64,000 nt of DNA from Candidatus Omnitrophota bacterium (GCA_016935525.1 JAFGQU010000023.1:64897-128896), one strand, 5' to 3'. Positions 1 to 9,944 are shown, counted from the first letter of the stretch. Notes: generated by a model not told the origin, from the sequence alone. Numbers and translations are program-made.

Positions 1-300
1 ATCCGGTTCAAACTTAAATCCCAGGTTCATATCTTTTCTGATCCCGGTGACCAGGACTACCGGAATGGTCTTGGTCTTTTCATCGTCATGCAGAGAACGG
101 GAAACATCGAACCCTTCGGTCTTATGAGTCATCATCACGTCCAAAAGGATCAGATCGGGAGCATCCGCTTTGGCTTTCTTCACTCCTTCTTCGCCGTTTA
201 GGGCGGTATTCACCGTATACCCTTTTACCTCCAGCAACGTCTTCATCGCATCGGCAAAATCGGCGTCATCATCGATAATGAGAATCTTTTGAGCCATCAT
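1..300 (-). CDS. Response regulator receiver-domain protein (truncated by window edge)
   Basis: Own translation from ATG at 300: MMAQKILIIDDDADFADAMKTLLEVKGYTVNTALNGEEGVKKAKADAPDLILLDVMM..., a typical REC domain (IIDDD, DLILLDVMM); AGGAGG RBS upstream; not in the ORF track. Confidence 0.9.
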   Translation of the reverse strand, partial: MMAQKILIIDDDADFADAMKTLLEVKGYTVNTALNGEEGVKKAKADAPDLILLDVMMTHKTEGFDVSRSLHDDEKTKTIPVVLVTGIRKDMNLGFKFEPD

Positions 301-324
301 CAACCTCCTTTTTATGTACCTGCT

Positions 325-1563
325 TTATACAGAAACGGGTACCTGTTCTGGCCTATTTTGAAACGGTTTGACCGCTCTTTCCAGAATCCCGTGCATATAA
401 GCGATCACCATCCCGTAATTCGTAATCGGGACCCCCTGGACGCGGGCGGTTTCTAACCGGGAAAGCATATCCCGGCAGTTGAGCATACATCCGCCGCAAT
501 GGATGATCAATTTATATTTTTTAAGATCATCCGGGAAATCATACCCCACGGAATGATCGATGATCACCCCTTCACCTTTTTCTTTAAACGGCTCATTCAG
601 AAGCCGGGGAATCACTACCCGGCCGATATCGTCGCCGATAGGATGATGAGTACAGGCTTCCGCGATCAATACCCTATCGTTCGCTTTAAGGTTCTCTATC
701 GCTTGTATCCCGGCAGCAAGGATATCCAGTTCTCCTTTATATCGGGCATAGAGAACCGAAAACGATGTGAGCGGAATATCTTCGGGTAAAATATCTTTTA
801 TTGTACCATAGATCTGAGATTCAACGATAGCCAGTGCCGGTTTTTCTTTCAGATTTTCCAATACCCCGGGCAGTTCCGTTTCCTTCACCACGATAGTCGT
901 ACAGTTATGGTCAAGAAGGTCTCTGATGGTCTGTACCTGCGGCACTTTCAACCTCCCCTTAGGCGCTTCCATATCCAAAGGCGCGACAATGACCACGGTA
1001 TCTTTTGTCCGTACAAGGTCGCTTAAGATCCTCTTCCGTTCAAAATCTGAGGGAGTCATCTTCACGATCATCTCTCTTAACGTATCGATCCCGTTTTTTT
1101 TCAGAGCGCTGACCTCGATATATGGCCGTTTCTCTGAAGTGAGCGTTTCGATCAACTCCTCGTTTGAACGATTAAGATCGCTTTTATTGAGGACGACCAG
1201 TACGGGAATATGGCATTTCTTTATTTCTTTAAGTAACGCCTCTTCCGGTCCCGACAAACCGATAGTCTTATCCACGACCAGAAGCGCAAGATCGGTCTTG
1301 TGAAGCACCTTATACGCTTTTTTTACCCGGGCCTGCCCCAGAGGCCCTTCATCGTCGATTCCTCCGGTATCGATAAGCACTACCGGCCCGATATCATGAA
1401 GCTCCATCGCCTTATAGACCGGATCGGTAGTCGTACCGGGGACATCGGAGACGATCGCGATATTCTGACCGGTAAACGCATTGATCAAGGTCGATTTACC
1501 CACGTTGCGCCGGCCGAACAAACCGATATGCAACCGGTTACTTAAAGATGTTTTATTTCTCAT
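325..1563 (-). CDS. hydF: [FeFe]-hydrogenase H-cluster maturation GTPase HydF
   Basis: GRRNVGKS P-loop, DTGG, NKSD; C-terminal EACTHH...HCGGC FeS motif. Confidence 0.95.
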   Translation of the reverse strand: MRNKTSLSNRLHIGLFGRRNVGKSTLINAFTGQNIAIVSDVPGTTTDPVYKAMELHDIGPVVLIDTGGIDDEGPLGQARVKKAYKVLHKTDLALLVVDKTIGLSGPEEALLKEIKKCHIPVLVVLNKSDLNRSNEELIETLTSEKRPYIEVSALKKNGIDTLREMIVKMTPSDFERKRILSDLVRTKDTVVIVAPLDMEAPKGRLKVPQVQTIRDLLDHNCTTIVVKETELPGVLENLKEKPALAIVESQIYGTIKDILPEDIPLTSFSVLYARYKGELDILAAGIQAIENLKANDRVLIAEACTHHPIGDDIGRVVIPRLLNEPFKEKGEGVIIDHSVGYDFPDDLKKYKLIIHCGGCMLNCRDMLSRLETARVQGVPITNYGMVIAYMHGILERAVKPFQNRPEQVPVSV

Positions 1564-1574
1564 TATTTCCTCCT

Positions 1575-2063
1575 CTATTTTTTATAACTTCTCAGTATTT
1601 CTACCGCCTTTTTCGGCGTGAGTTCTCCGTACATCTTATCATCGACCATGATCACCGGCGCCAGGCCGCAGGCGCCCAAACATCTGGTCTCTCTCAACGA
1701 AAACAGATTATCCGGTGTCGTCTCTCCCACCGATATCTTCAATTCTTCTTTCACGGCATCCAATACCTTACCGGCACCTTTCACAAAACATGCCGTACCA
1801 AGACATACGTAAATAGTATGAGCTCCTTGAGGGGCGAGATTAAAATAATGGTAAAACGTCGCGACCCCCCAGATATGAGCGGTAGGGATATTCATCGTAG
1901 TCGCCACCTCATCCATGACTTCTTTGCTTAAATACCCGTAAAGCTGTTGAGCTTTGTGAAGTATCGCGATCAGACAAGATTCCGGATGGCTCTGTTTTTT
2001 GGTTTTCTCCATATATTCGATCAGTTCGTTTTTTCGCTCATCGACATGCGTATCCATGTTCAT
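1575..2063 (-). CDS. hydC: NuoE-like [2Fe-2S] subunit of a multimeric [FeFe]-hydrogenase (HydC/HndA type)
   Basis: VATFYHYF, VCLGTACFVKG and CLGACGLAP motifs; adjacent to hydA. Confidence 0.9.
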   Translation of the reverse strand: MNMDTHVDERKNELIEYMEKTKKQSHPESCLIAILHKAQQLYGYLSKEVMDEVATTMNIPTAHIWGVATFYHYFNLAPQGAHTIYVCLGTACFVKGAGKVLDAVKEELKISVGETTPDNLFSLRETRCLGACGLAPVIMVDDKMYGELTPKKAVEILRSYKK

Positions 2064-2074
2064 CTCCTTCTCAA

Positions 2075-3856
2075 TTAACGGGCCTTTATTTCCTGGGGGA
2101 TGATCCCCCGCGGCTCTTTCGGACGATAATGAGTATGTAACAGTTTATGAGAAAGCGGGCTTAACGGACGCCCCAGATATTCCCGGTACAATTTCTGTAT
2201 TTCGGGATTTTCATGGCTGCGCCGGATCGTCTTATCCCGGTCAAGGCCATACAGCGCCTCGGCGCGTTTTTTCAGGCACTCCTGGTCCAGCGGTATCGAA
2301 TTAGAACCGGCATACGGCTGGCCGCCGCCGCCGATACATCCGCCCGGACACCCCATTATTTCGATAAAATGGTACCGGTCCGGTTCTTTTCTTACCAGAT
2401 CCAGAAGATTGCAGGCGTTCCCTAACCCATGAGCGACCGCGACTCTGATCTCTCTGCCGTCCATCATCACTTTTCCTTCTTTGATCCCGGCAAACCCCCG
2501 AATATCTTCTACCTCGATATCGATCAAGGTATCTCCGGTATAAAGCTCGTATGCCGTCCGGATCGCCGCTTCCATCACTCCTCCGGTCACCCCGAAAATA
2601 GTCCCGGCTCCGGAAGAAAGCCCTAACGGAGCGTCGAACTCTTCGCCCTGAAGATGCAGGAAATCTATGCCCGCGGATTTTACCATCCAGGCGAATTCAC
2701 GGGTAGTCACCACCAGATCGACCGCCGCAAGATCATTGACGCGTAATTCCGGACGGGCCGCTTCGTATTTTTTTGCCGTACAGCACATGATCGCTACGCT
2801 GAATATCCTGGCAGGGTCGGCTTTGATCTTTTCGGCAAAAAACGTTTTGGTAAGCGCGCCGGTCATCGACATCGGCGATTTACAAGTAGAGACGTTCTCG
2901 ATCAGATCGGGATAAAACTGTTCCATACATTTCATCCAGGCGCTTGAACAGGAAGTGATCATCGGCAGTTTACCGTTTGACTGTATTCTTTCTAAAAATT
3001 CGCTGGCTTCCTCCATGATCGTCAGGTCCGCGCCGAACTGGGTATCGAACACATAATCAAACCCTAACCGGCGCATCGCCGCGGCCGACTCTTTTTCCAT
3101 CGCCCGGCCGGGTCCAAGTCCGAACGCCTCGCCGATCGCGGCCCGGACTGAAGGAGCGATCTGGGCGACTTTGATCAACGCCGAATCCTGAAGTTTATCA
3201 AACAGTTCCTGAGTATAGTTCTTTTCCACAAACGCCGCGGTCGGGCACACATTGATACATTGGCCGCAGGCAGTACACACGCTTTCGGCAAACGGGAGAT
3301 CGTACGCCGGCATGACCACGGTTTTAAACCCGCGATGAGCATACCGTAACGCGTTCACTTTCTGGATCTCCGAACAGATCCGCACGCACCTACCGCAAAG
3401 GATGCATTTATCGGGGTCACGTATGACCGAAGACGAAGAAAGGTCTTTCTCGTAATGTTTCCTTTCCCCTTCGAAATGACGATGACGGATACCCATCGAA
3501 TAAGCTAACCGCTGCAATTCACAGATACCGTCACGTTCACAAGTATGACAATCCTGAGGATGGTTATCCAGAATAAGCTCTACGATATCACGCCGGGCCT
3601 GCCTTAATTCTCTAGAATTAGTCTTTATCTTCATGCCGGGAGTAATCGGATAGGCGCAGGAGGCGACATAATTACGGATCCCTTCCACCTCGACAATACA
3701 TACCCGGCATGCCCCTTCGATGGAAAGTTTAGGATGGTAACACAACCGCGGGATACGGAACCCCACGCTATCGGCCGCCTGCATGATGGTCTGGCCGGAC
3801 GAAACCTCGTACGGTTTATTATTGATATATATCGTGATCATTTCTGTAACGCGCAT
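2075..3856 (-). CDS. hydA: [FeFe]-hydrogenase catalytic subunit (group A3 type)
   Basis: N-terminal 2Fe-2S, HxxxCxxC and 2x[4Fe-4S] motifs; H-cluster motifs TSCSSAW, MCCTAKKYE, EIMGCPGGCIGGGGQP; C-terminal LLHTHY. Confidence 0.95.
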   Translation of the reverse strand: MRVTEMITIYINNKPYEVSSGQTIMQAADSVGFRIPRLCYHPKLSIEGACRVCIVEVEGIRNYVASCAYPITPGMKIKTNSRELRQARRDIVELILDNHPQDCHTCERDGICELQRLAYSMGIRHRHFEGERKHYEKDLSSSSVIRDPDKCILCGRCVRICSEIQKVNALRYAHRGFKTVVMPAYDLPFAESVCTACGQCINVCPTAAFVEKNYTQELFDKLQDSALIKVAQIAPSVRAAIGEAFGLGPGRAMEKESAAAMRRLGFDYVFDTQFGADLTIMEEASEFLERIQSNGKLPMITSCSSAWMKCMEQFYPDLIENVSTCKSPMSMTGALTKTFFAEKIKADPARIFSVAIMCCTAKKYEAARPELRVNDLAAVDLVVTTREFAWMVKSAGIDFLHLQGEEFDAPLGLSSGAGTIFGVTGGVMEAAIRTAYELYTGDTLIDIEVEDIRGFAGIKEGKVMMDGREIRVAVAHGLGNACNLLDLVRKEPDRYHFIEIMGCPGGCIGGGGQPYAGSNSIPLDQECLKKRAEALYGLDRDKTIRRSHENPEIQKLYREYLGRPLSPLSHKLLHTHYRPKEPRGIIPQEIKAR

Positions 3857-3868
3857 GATATTCCTCCT

Positions 3869-6037
3869 TTATCCTTTCGCTATGGCATCGAACTTACAGG
3901 TATCAAAACACAGCCCACAACGGGTACATTGAGCCTGATCGATTACGTGCGCCTCTTTCGGCGCGCCATTGATCGCCGAGACCGGACAGATCCGTTTACA
4001 GGCCCCGCATCCGACGCATTTGTCCGTGATCCGGTAGTCGATCAATGCTTTACATTCACCGGCAGCGCATTTTTTTTCATAAATATGCTCTTCATACTCC
4101 TTGCGGAAATTTCTTATCGTACTCAATACCGGATTCGGCGCCGATTGCCCTAACCCGCACAGTGACGCTTTTTTGATCATTGCCCCTAACCGTTCCAATT
4201 TTTCGATATCGCCTTTTTTGCCTTTACCTTCGGTAATCCTGGTCAGGATCTCAAGCATCCTTTTTGTCCCTTCCCGGCAGGGCACGCATTTACCGCAGGA
4301 TTCGTTCTGGGTGAAATCGAGAAAGAACTTAGCGATACTTACCATACAGGAAGTCTCATCGATCACGATCATCCCGCCGGAACCCATGATCGCGCCGGCT
4401 TTCTGGAGCGATTCATAATCTATTTTGGTATCCAGATCTTCTTCGGTAATACATCCCCCGGATGGGCCTCCGATCTGGACCGCTTTGAATTTCTTCCCAT
4501 CGGACACTCCGCCGCCGATATCAAAGATCAACTGTCGCAGGGTGATCCCCATCGGCACTTCGATCAACCCGGTATTTTTTACCTTACCCGCCAGAGCAAA
4601 CACTTTAGTCCCTTTACTGGTCTCGGTTCCGATCGAACTGAACCACCGGGCCCCGTCAAGTATGATCACCGGGATATTCGCCCAGGTCTCCACGTTATTG
4701 ATCAAGGTCGGTTTACCAAACAACCCTTCGATCGAAGGGTACGGCGGACGGGGCCGCGGCATTCCCCGCGAGCCTTCGATCGAATGAATCAACGCGGTCT
4801 CCTCTCCGCAGACAAACGCCCCGGCTCCCAGCCTGATCTCGATATGAAAACAGAAATCAGAACCTAAAATATTATCACCCAGGAATCCGTGTTCTTTCGC
4901 CTGAGCAAGCGCTTTTTCCAGACGTTTGATCGCAAGCGGATATTCCGCCCGGATATATACGATCCCTTTTTGCGCGCCGACGGCGTATCCGCCGATGATC
5001 ATTCCTTCGAGCACCGTATGCGGATCGCCTTCTATGGCGCTGCGGTCCATGAACGCGCCGGGATCGCCTTCATCGGCATTACAGATCACGTATTTTTCAT
5101 CACCGGGGGCCCGGCGGGTAAATTCCCATTTCGTCCCGGTCGGAAATCCCGCGCCGCCACGGCCGCGTAATCCGGATGTCTTCACTTCATCGATAACTTC
5201 CTGCGGAGTCATCTCGGTCAATACATGGGCAAGCGCCTCATATCCCCGTAAAGAGAGATACCCGTCGATACTTTCCGGGTCGCTTATCCCGCAATTACGC
5301 AGGGCGATACGCATCTGTTTCCCGAAAAAATTCACATCACCGAAAAATCGGTAAAACCGGTTAAACAGGTAATCTTCATCGACGATAAGACGCGAGACCG
5401 GCCTTCCGTTTATAAGATGGTCGTTTACGATAGACGGGATATCCTCTTCTTTCACTTTACCGTACATGGTATATCCGGGATTCACGATCATGATCGGGCC
5501 GTGATCACACATCCCCAGGCATCCCGAGAGCGTGATCGATACTTTATCATCGAGGTTTTTCTCTTTCAATTCCTGTTCAAGTTTTTCGGCCAGTTTCTTG
5601 GAATTTTTATGCATACAACCGGGCCCGTCACATAAAGTGACCGCGTACTCCCTGATTCCTTTCTGCGCTTTTGCCTCCAGGTTATTCAAAGTCCATTCCT
5701 CGATCACCTCGCCTCGTTTGAGATGGCGTTCGATGATATCCCGGGCTTTTTGCGGAGTGATCTTCCCGTACTTGACGGGCAGTTTCCCTTCTTCGACCAC
5801 CTCGACCGTCGGTTCCAGGTTACACCGTCCCACACAGCCTTTCTGACTGAGATACACATCCGCAAGCCCTTCTTCAATCGCTTTCTTAAACACCGCCATC
5901 ACTTCCTGAGAACCCGCGGCTATTTCACAGGTCGCCATCCCCACATATACGCGTTTGGTAGAAAGGTATCCCCCGCCGATAATCTTACCTATTGCTTCGG
6001 CACGTTTCTTTTTGATGATCGATAACGGTGTCACCAT
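3869..6037 (-). CDS. hydB: NuoF-like FMN/NADH-binding subunit (HydB) with an extra N-terminal thioredoxin-like FeS domain
   Basis: GLRGRGGAGFPTG, CNADEGDPGAFMDRS, GAGAFVCGEETAL, GGPSGG, ESCGKCVPCREG, C-terminal 2x[4Fe-4S]. Confidence 0.93.
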   Translation of the reverse strand: MVTPLSIIKKKRAEAIGKIIGGGYLSTKRVYVGMATCEIAAGSQEVMAVFKKAIEEGLADVYLSQKGCVGRCNLEPTVEVVEEGKLPVKYGKITPQKARDIIERHLKRGEVIEEWTLNNLEAKAQKGIREYAVTLCDGPGCMHKNSKKLAEKLEQELKEKNLDDKVSITLSGCLGMCDHGPIMIVNPGYTMYGKVKEEDIPSIVNDHLINGRPVSRLIVDEDYLFNRFYRFFGDVNFFGKQMRIALRNCGISDPESIDGYLSLRGYEALAHVLTEMTPQEVIDEVKTSGLRGRGGAGFPTGTKWEFTRRAPGDEKYVICNADEGDPGAFMDRSAIEGDPHTVLEGMIIGGYAVGAQKGIVYIRAEYPLAIKRLEKALAQAKEHGFLGDNILGSDFCFHIEIRLGAGAFVCGEETALIHSIEGSRGMPRPRPPYPSIEGLFGKPTLINNVETWANIPVIILDGARWFSSIGTETSKGTKVFALAGKVKNTGLIEVPMGITLRQLIFDIGGGVSDGKKFKAVQIGGPSGGCITEEDLDTKIDYESLQKAGAIMGSGGMIVIDETSCMVSIAKFFLDFTQNESCGKCVPCREGTKRMLEILTRITEGKGKKGDIEKLERLGAMIKKASLCGLGQSAPNPVLSTIRNFRKEYEEHIYEKKCAAGECKALIDYRITDKCVGCGACKRICPVSAINGAPKEAHVIDQAQCTRCGLCFDTCKFDAIAKG

Positions 6038-6039
6038 GT

Positions 6040-7887
6040 TTATTCCTCCTTTGCGATAGTAAATAAAAACGAATTCCCTTCTTCTTTCGGCTCAACCCAC
6101 ATTTTCCCGCCGTGTTTTTCGACGATCTCTTTGGAAATAAACAATCCCAGTCCCGTTCCTTTTTCCCGCTGCATCTGGGGACGCAGGATACGGGAAAACC
6201 TTTTGAACAATTTTTCTTTATCGGACTCATCTAACGGCACGCCGTCGTTATACACTTCCACCTGAAAACCGGATGGGTTCTTTTTGCCGCTTATGATCAC
6301 GCGGCCTTTGGGCCGTCCGTATTTGAGCGCATTGTTCACAAGATTGTTCGCGACGATTTTCAGCATATCGCAATCGGCATAGACCTGCTGATTCGGACCG
6401 ATGAGGTTGGAGATCGTCATCTGTTTTTCTTCAGCCTGTTTGGCGAACGTATCACAGGCTTCGCTTATCACATCTTCTTTGAGAAGGATCTCGGTTTTAT
6501 GTATATTCAGTTCTCCTTTTTCGATCCGGCTCAGATTAAGAAAATTCTTTACCAGTGCCGCGAGATAATCGAGACTTCTCGTCACCGAATCGAGCGCTTT
6601 ACGCTGTTTGAAGTTGATCATACCCAGAAATCCGTCACGGACCGCATAGGCGTTCAGGATCGCCCCGGAAAGCACGCCTTTTAATTCGTGAGAAACGAAC
6701 CCGATCAGATCAAGATAACTCTTATTCAGCGCGGCCAATTTCTCGTTAGAGACCTCAAGACTCCTTTCCCGTTCGGCAAGTTTCGCGGCCATATCATTGA
6801 ATGAACCGACCAGGCCGTCGAGTTCCTTTACCGACGCCTCGACTTCAAGCGGCGTATGTTCTTCTCCGTCATGGAGTTTTTTGATCATCCGGTTTAACAC
6901 GGAAATCGGCCGGACAATCGAAGAAGCGAGCAGATAGGAAAGACCGCTGGCAAGCAGCGAAGCGATCAAGATCACTCCCAGAAAGACAAAAAGGATGTTC
7001 CGTCTCAATAAGAAAAACGGCTTTTCTAAAATACCTACATATAAGATACCTATGGTTTTCCCGCGCATATCTTTAATCGGTTCATAGGCGGTGAGATACC
7101 AGTCGGTCACGACAAAAGCCCGGTCAAGCCATTTCTCGCCGCGGCCGACGACTTTCTCGTACACCTCGGCCGAAACCCTGGTTCCGATGGCCCGGTGTCC
7201 TTCGGCATCGAGGACATTCGTCGCAATACGCACGTCGTCAAGGAACACCGTAACCGTTCCGATCGGTTTCCCGTCATACAGTTTGCGTTCGAATACTGCG
7301 TCGTTCACTTTATTAATAAAGGTAAAGTTCCGGTTCAGGATCTTACCGCCGTATATCACTCCGGAGGAGGCCCCGTCCCCGTCAAAAAGCGGGACCGCAC
7401 ATTCAAACGCCATCGCTTCATCAAGCTCCTTACGCGTCGAGGCCTGAGCTTTCGGCGTCGGTTTGACCGGGATACGGATCTTATCTTCATAGAGTTTCCC
7501 GTTCATCTTTTTCAACTCTTCCGAAGCGATAAGTCTTACGGCGGAGACCGGTTTTTTCTGTTCTAACGCGGCTTTTACGATCTCACTGGGAATATCGGCC
7601 AGTCTTTCCCGAGGCACGATATAGAGATAATCGAGGTTTAATTTCTTTTTTACGATCTCAGGCTTATCCTGAGCATCCAGGAAGTCGAACGCGGCGTTCA
7701 TCATCTTCAGTTCCCAATAGAACACGGTATGTACCGTTTTCAGATAACTGCGCACCTGTTCCTGGGTCCGTCCGAGGATGAATTTCTCTACCCCGTAAAA
7801 ACCCAGAAGCGCGATCGTTACCCCTAAAAAAATGATGATCGCGAAAAATGCCCGCCGGATTTTAGCTCTTAAAGTGGCCGTCTTCAT
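6040..7887 (-). CDS. Membrane sensor histidine kinase (Cache-type periplasmic domain, HAMP, HisKA, HATPase)
   Basis: Two TM segments, RIATNV...RAIGTRVS Cache-like motif, SHELK H-box, NLVNNALKY N-box, GTGLGL G2 box; start placed at ATG 7887. Confidence 0.92.
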   Translation of the reverse strand: MKTATLRAKIRRAFFAIIIFLGVTIALLGFYGVEKFILGRTQEQVRSYLKTVHTVFYWELKMMNAAFDFLDAQDKPEIVKKKLNLDYLYIVPRERLADIPSEIVKAALEQKKPVSAVRLIASEELKKMNGKLYEDKIRIPVKPTPKAQASTRKELDEAMAFECAVPLFDGDGASSGVIYGGKILNRNFTFINKVNDAVFERKLYDGKPIGTVTVFLDDVRIATNVLDAEGHRAIGTRVSAEVYEKVVGRGEKWLDRAFVVTDWYLTAYEPIKDMRGKTIGILYVGILEKPFFLLRRNILFVFLGVILIASLLASGLSYLLASSIVRPISVLNRMIKKLHDGEEHTPLEVEASVKELDGLVGSFNDMAAKLAERERSLEVSNEKLAALNKSYLDLIGFVSHELKGVLSGAILNAYAVRDGFLGMINFKQRKALDSVTRSLDYLAALVKNFLNLSRIEKGELNIHKTEILLKEDVISEACDTFAKQAEEKQMTISNLIGPNQQVYADCDMLKIVANNLVNNALKYGRPKGRVIISGKKNPSGFQVEVYNDGVPLDESDKEKLFKRFSRILRPQMQREKGTGLGLFISKEIVEKHGGKMWVEPKEEGNSFLFTIAKEE

Positions 7888-8506
7888 GATTTTCTTTCTC
7901 CAGAGCATTCGCGAAATAAATGATCGTCTCCAGTTCCAACCCTAAATTCACATTATGGACCGCGCATTTTTTATCGGTTTTAAGCCGCAAGGGAGCGAAA
8001 TTAACGATGCCGGTTATCCCTTCAGAGATCATGATATTGAATACCTGTTGAGCGGCAATATCGGGGACGGCGATAACGGCAACCTTTATTGTATGTGTTC
8101 GGATAAAATCACGTAACTCATCCAGAGGAAAAATCGGTATCGGAGCTTTACGGTTTATTTTTACCGGATCGATATCGAACCCGGCGGCGATCTGTATCCC
8201 CAGCTGAGGAAACCCTTTATAATTCATAAGCGCACTACCCAGGTGACCGGCTCCCACCACGATCACTTTAGTGATCTTATCTTTCCCCAGGATCTCGTTC
8301 ACTTTGCTTAAGAGATCCTCAATAAGGTAGCCGCCGCGTTTATTACCGGTAATGCCAAAAAACGAAAAATCTTTTCTCACCTGGACCGCGGTAGCCCCCA
8401 CGGCATCAGCAAGGTTATCGGAAAAAATACGGACCAATCCTAAGGACTTAAACCGATACAAAGCATTTTTGTAACGAGATAAGCGGATAATGGGTTTTTT
8501 GTACAT
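7862..8506 (-). CDS. rex: Redox-sensing transcriptional repressor Rex
   Basis: RLSRY, QVRKDFSFFG..G.RGGY winged helix, VGAGHLGSAL Rossmann motif, VNFAP. Confidence 0.95.
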   Translation of the reverse strand: MYKKPIIRLSRYKNALYRFKSLGLVRIFSDNLADAVGATAVQVRKDFSFFGITGNKRGGYLIEDLLSKVNEILGKDKITKVIVVGAGHLGSALMNYKGFPQLGIQIAAGFDIDPVKINRKAPIPIFPLDELRDFIRTHTIKVAVIAVPDIAAQQVFNIMISEGITGIVNFAPLRLKTDKKCAVHNVNLGLELETIIYFANALEKENHEDGHFKS

Positions 8507-8519
8507 TTATCCTCCTTAT

Positions 8520-8537
8520 ATGTTATTATTTTCACAA
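8520..8537. promoter_or_regulatory. Rex operator (proximal)
   Basis: ATGTTATTATTTTCACAA versus consensus TTGTGAA-N4-TTCACAA; lies between the promoter and the rex RBS. Confidence 0.75.
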
Positions 8538-8548
8538 TACTTAATTAA

Positions 8549-8576
8549 AGCATACCATATATGTAATATATGTCAA
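8549..8576 (-). promoter_or_regulatory. Sigma70-type promoter of the rex-hyd operon
   Basis: Minus strand TTGACA-N16-TATGCT with TG extension. Confidence 0.6.
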
Positions 8577-8582
8577 TAAATT

Positions 8583-8600
8583 TTGTTATTTTTTTCACAT
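8583..8600. promoter_or_regulatory. Rex operator (distal)
   Basis: TTGTTATTTTTTTCACAT, an 18 bp imperfect Rex palindrome just upstream of the -35. Confidence 0.7.
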
Positions 8601-8681
8601 AAAATAACACCTATTGCTCCCCCGTCGGTTATGGTACAATAGAATCAATAAAAACCTTTAATTTTAAAGGAGTTTCCAAAT

Positions 8682-9944
8682 ATGGCGTATCCGTTGACTA
8701 TTGAAAAAATAGTGTATCCCGGAAGGTCTTTAGGCCGCCGCGAAGGGAAAGTAGTTTTTACCGACGAAGGAGCTCCCGGCGAAACCGTTCTTATTGAACC
8801 GCTTAAAGATAAAAAGACCTATATTGAAGCCAGGACCCTGGAAATACTCACCCCCTCTCCCCGGCGGATACCCCCGCGTTGTACTCACTACAAAATATGC
8901 GCTCCCTACCAGTATCTTGACTACCCGTTTCAGCTTGAAATAAAAAAAGCCCAGCTTAGTGATACATATATCCGGACCCTGAAAACCGCACCTTTGGATA
9001 TCCCACTTACACCGGCTGTTTCTTTGTGGGGATACCGTAATAAAGTGAACTTCTCACTTATTCCCGATAACGGTACTTCTCAATGGGGTTACCATGACCC
9101 GCATCGGCCGGAACACCTGCTCCCTGTCACCGATTGTCACCTGATATCCCCCACAATGAACCGATGTAAAGACAGGATACTGGCATTGCTTGATAAAGAG
9201 CAAAAAGAGGGAATCGAGGAGATCACTCTGCGGGAAAATGCTAAAAGCCAACTGCTCATCCTCCTCAGCATGAAAAAGCCCTCTGTCGATATAAGAAGTA
9301 TCGCGCCGCTCATTGCGAAAGAATTTTCTCTTTCCGGAATAAGTTGCGAATATAAAGGCCGCATCTCTGTGGTTTACGGGCAGGATTATTTCGACGAACA
9401 ATGCGGCAACGTCATCTACCGGGTCGGCGTACATTCTTTTTTCCAGATAAATCGGGACGCGCTTACCTCGATGTTCGATACGATATCGGGATGGCTTGCG
9501 TTATCGGGAAAAGAGACTCTCGTCGATCTTTACTCTGGGATAGGTACGTTCGGCCTTTTTTTTGCCCAAAAAGCTTCCCGGATAATCGCGGTCGAACCGG
9601 AGCTTTCCAATGTATTCTGTTTAGAAGAAAATATCCGCCGCAACCGGATCGATAATGTATCGGTATTTCACTATACCAGCGAACAATGGTTTTCACTTGG
9701 CGATACCGCCGCAATCGATACGCTCATCGTCGACCCGCCGCGTCGAGGATTAGGCCCGTATGTCTGTGAACACATTTTAAAGAAAAGGCCGAAACGGATC
9801 GTCTATGTATCCTGTGATATGAGCACGTTCATACGGGACATCAAAAGCCTGATCGGCTCCTATGGATTAAAACGCCTGGCGGCGTTTGACTTTTTTCCGC
9901 ACACCCCCCACCTTGAACTCTGCGGGCTGCTGGAATTAAAATAG
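8682..9944 (+). CDS. rlmD: 23S rRNA (uracil-C5)-methyltransferase, RlmD/TrmA family
   Basis: TRAM N-terminus, SFFQIN, DLYSGIGTF, VDPPRRGL, YVSCD, DFFPHTPHLE. Confidence 0.85.
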   Translation: MAYPLTIEKIVYPGRSLGRREGKVVFTDEGAPGETVLIEPLKDKKTYIEARTLEILTPSPRRIPPRCTHYKICAPYQYLDYPFQLEIKKAQLSDTYIRTLKTAPLDIPLTPAVSLWGYRNKVNFSLIPDNGTSQWGYHDPHRPEHLLPVTDCHLISPTMNRCKDRILALLDKEQKEGIEEITLRENAKSQLLILLSMKKPSVDIRSIAPLIAKEFSLSGISCEYKGRISVVYGQDYFDEQCGNVIYRVGVHSFFQINRDALTSMFDTISGWLALSGKETLVDLYSGIGTFGLFFAQKASRIIAVEPELSNVFCLEENIRRNRIDNVSVFHYTSEQWFSLGDTAAIDTLIVDPPRRGLGPYVCEHILKKRPKRIVYVSCDMSTFIRDIKSLIGSYGLKRLAAFDFFPHTPHLELCGLLELK

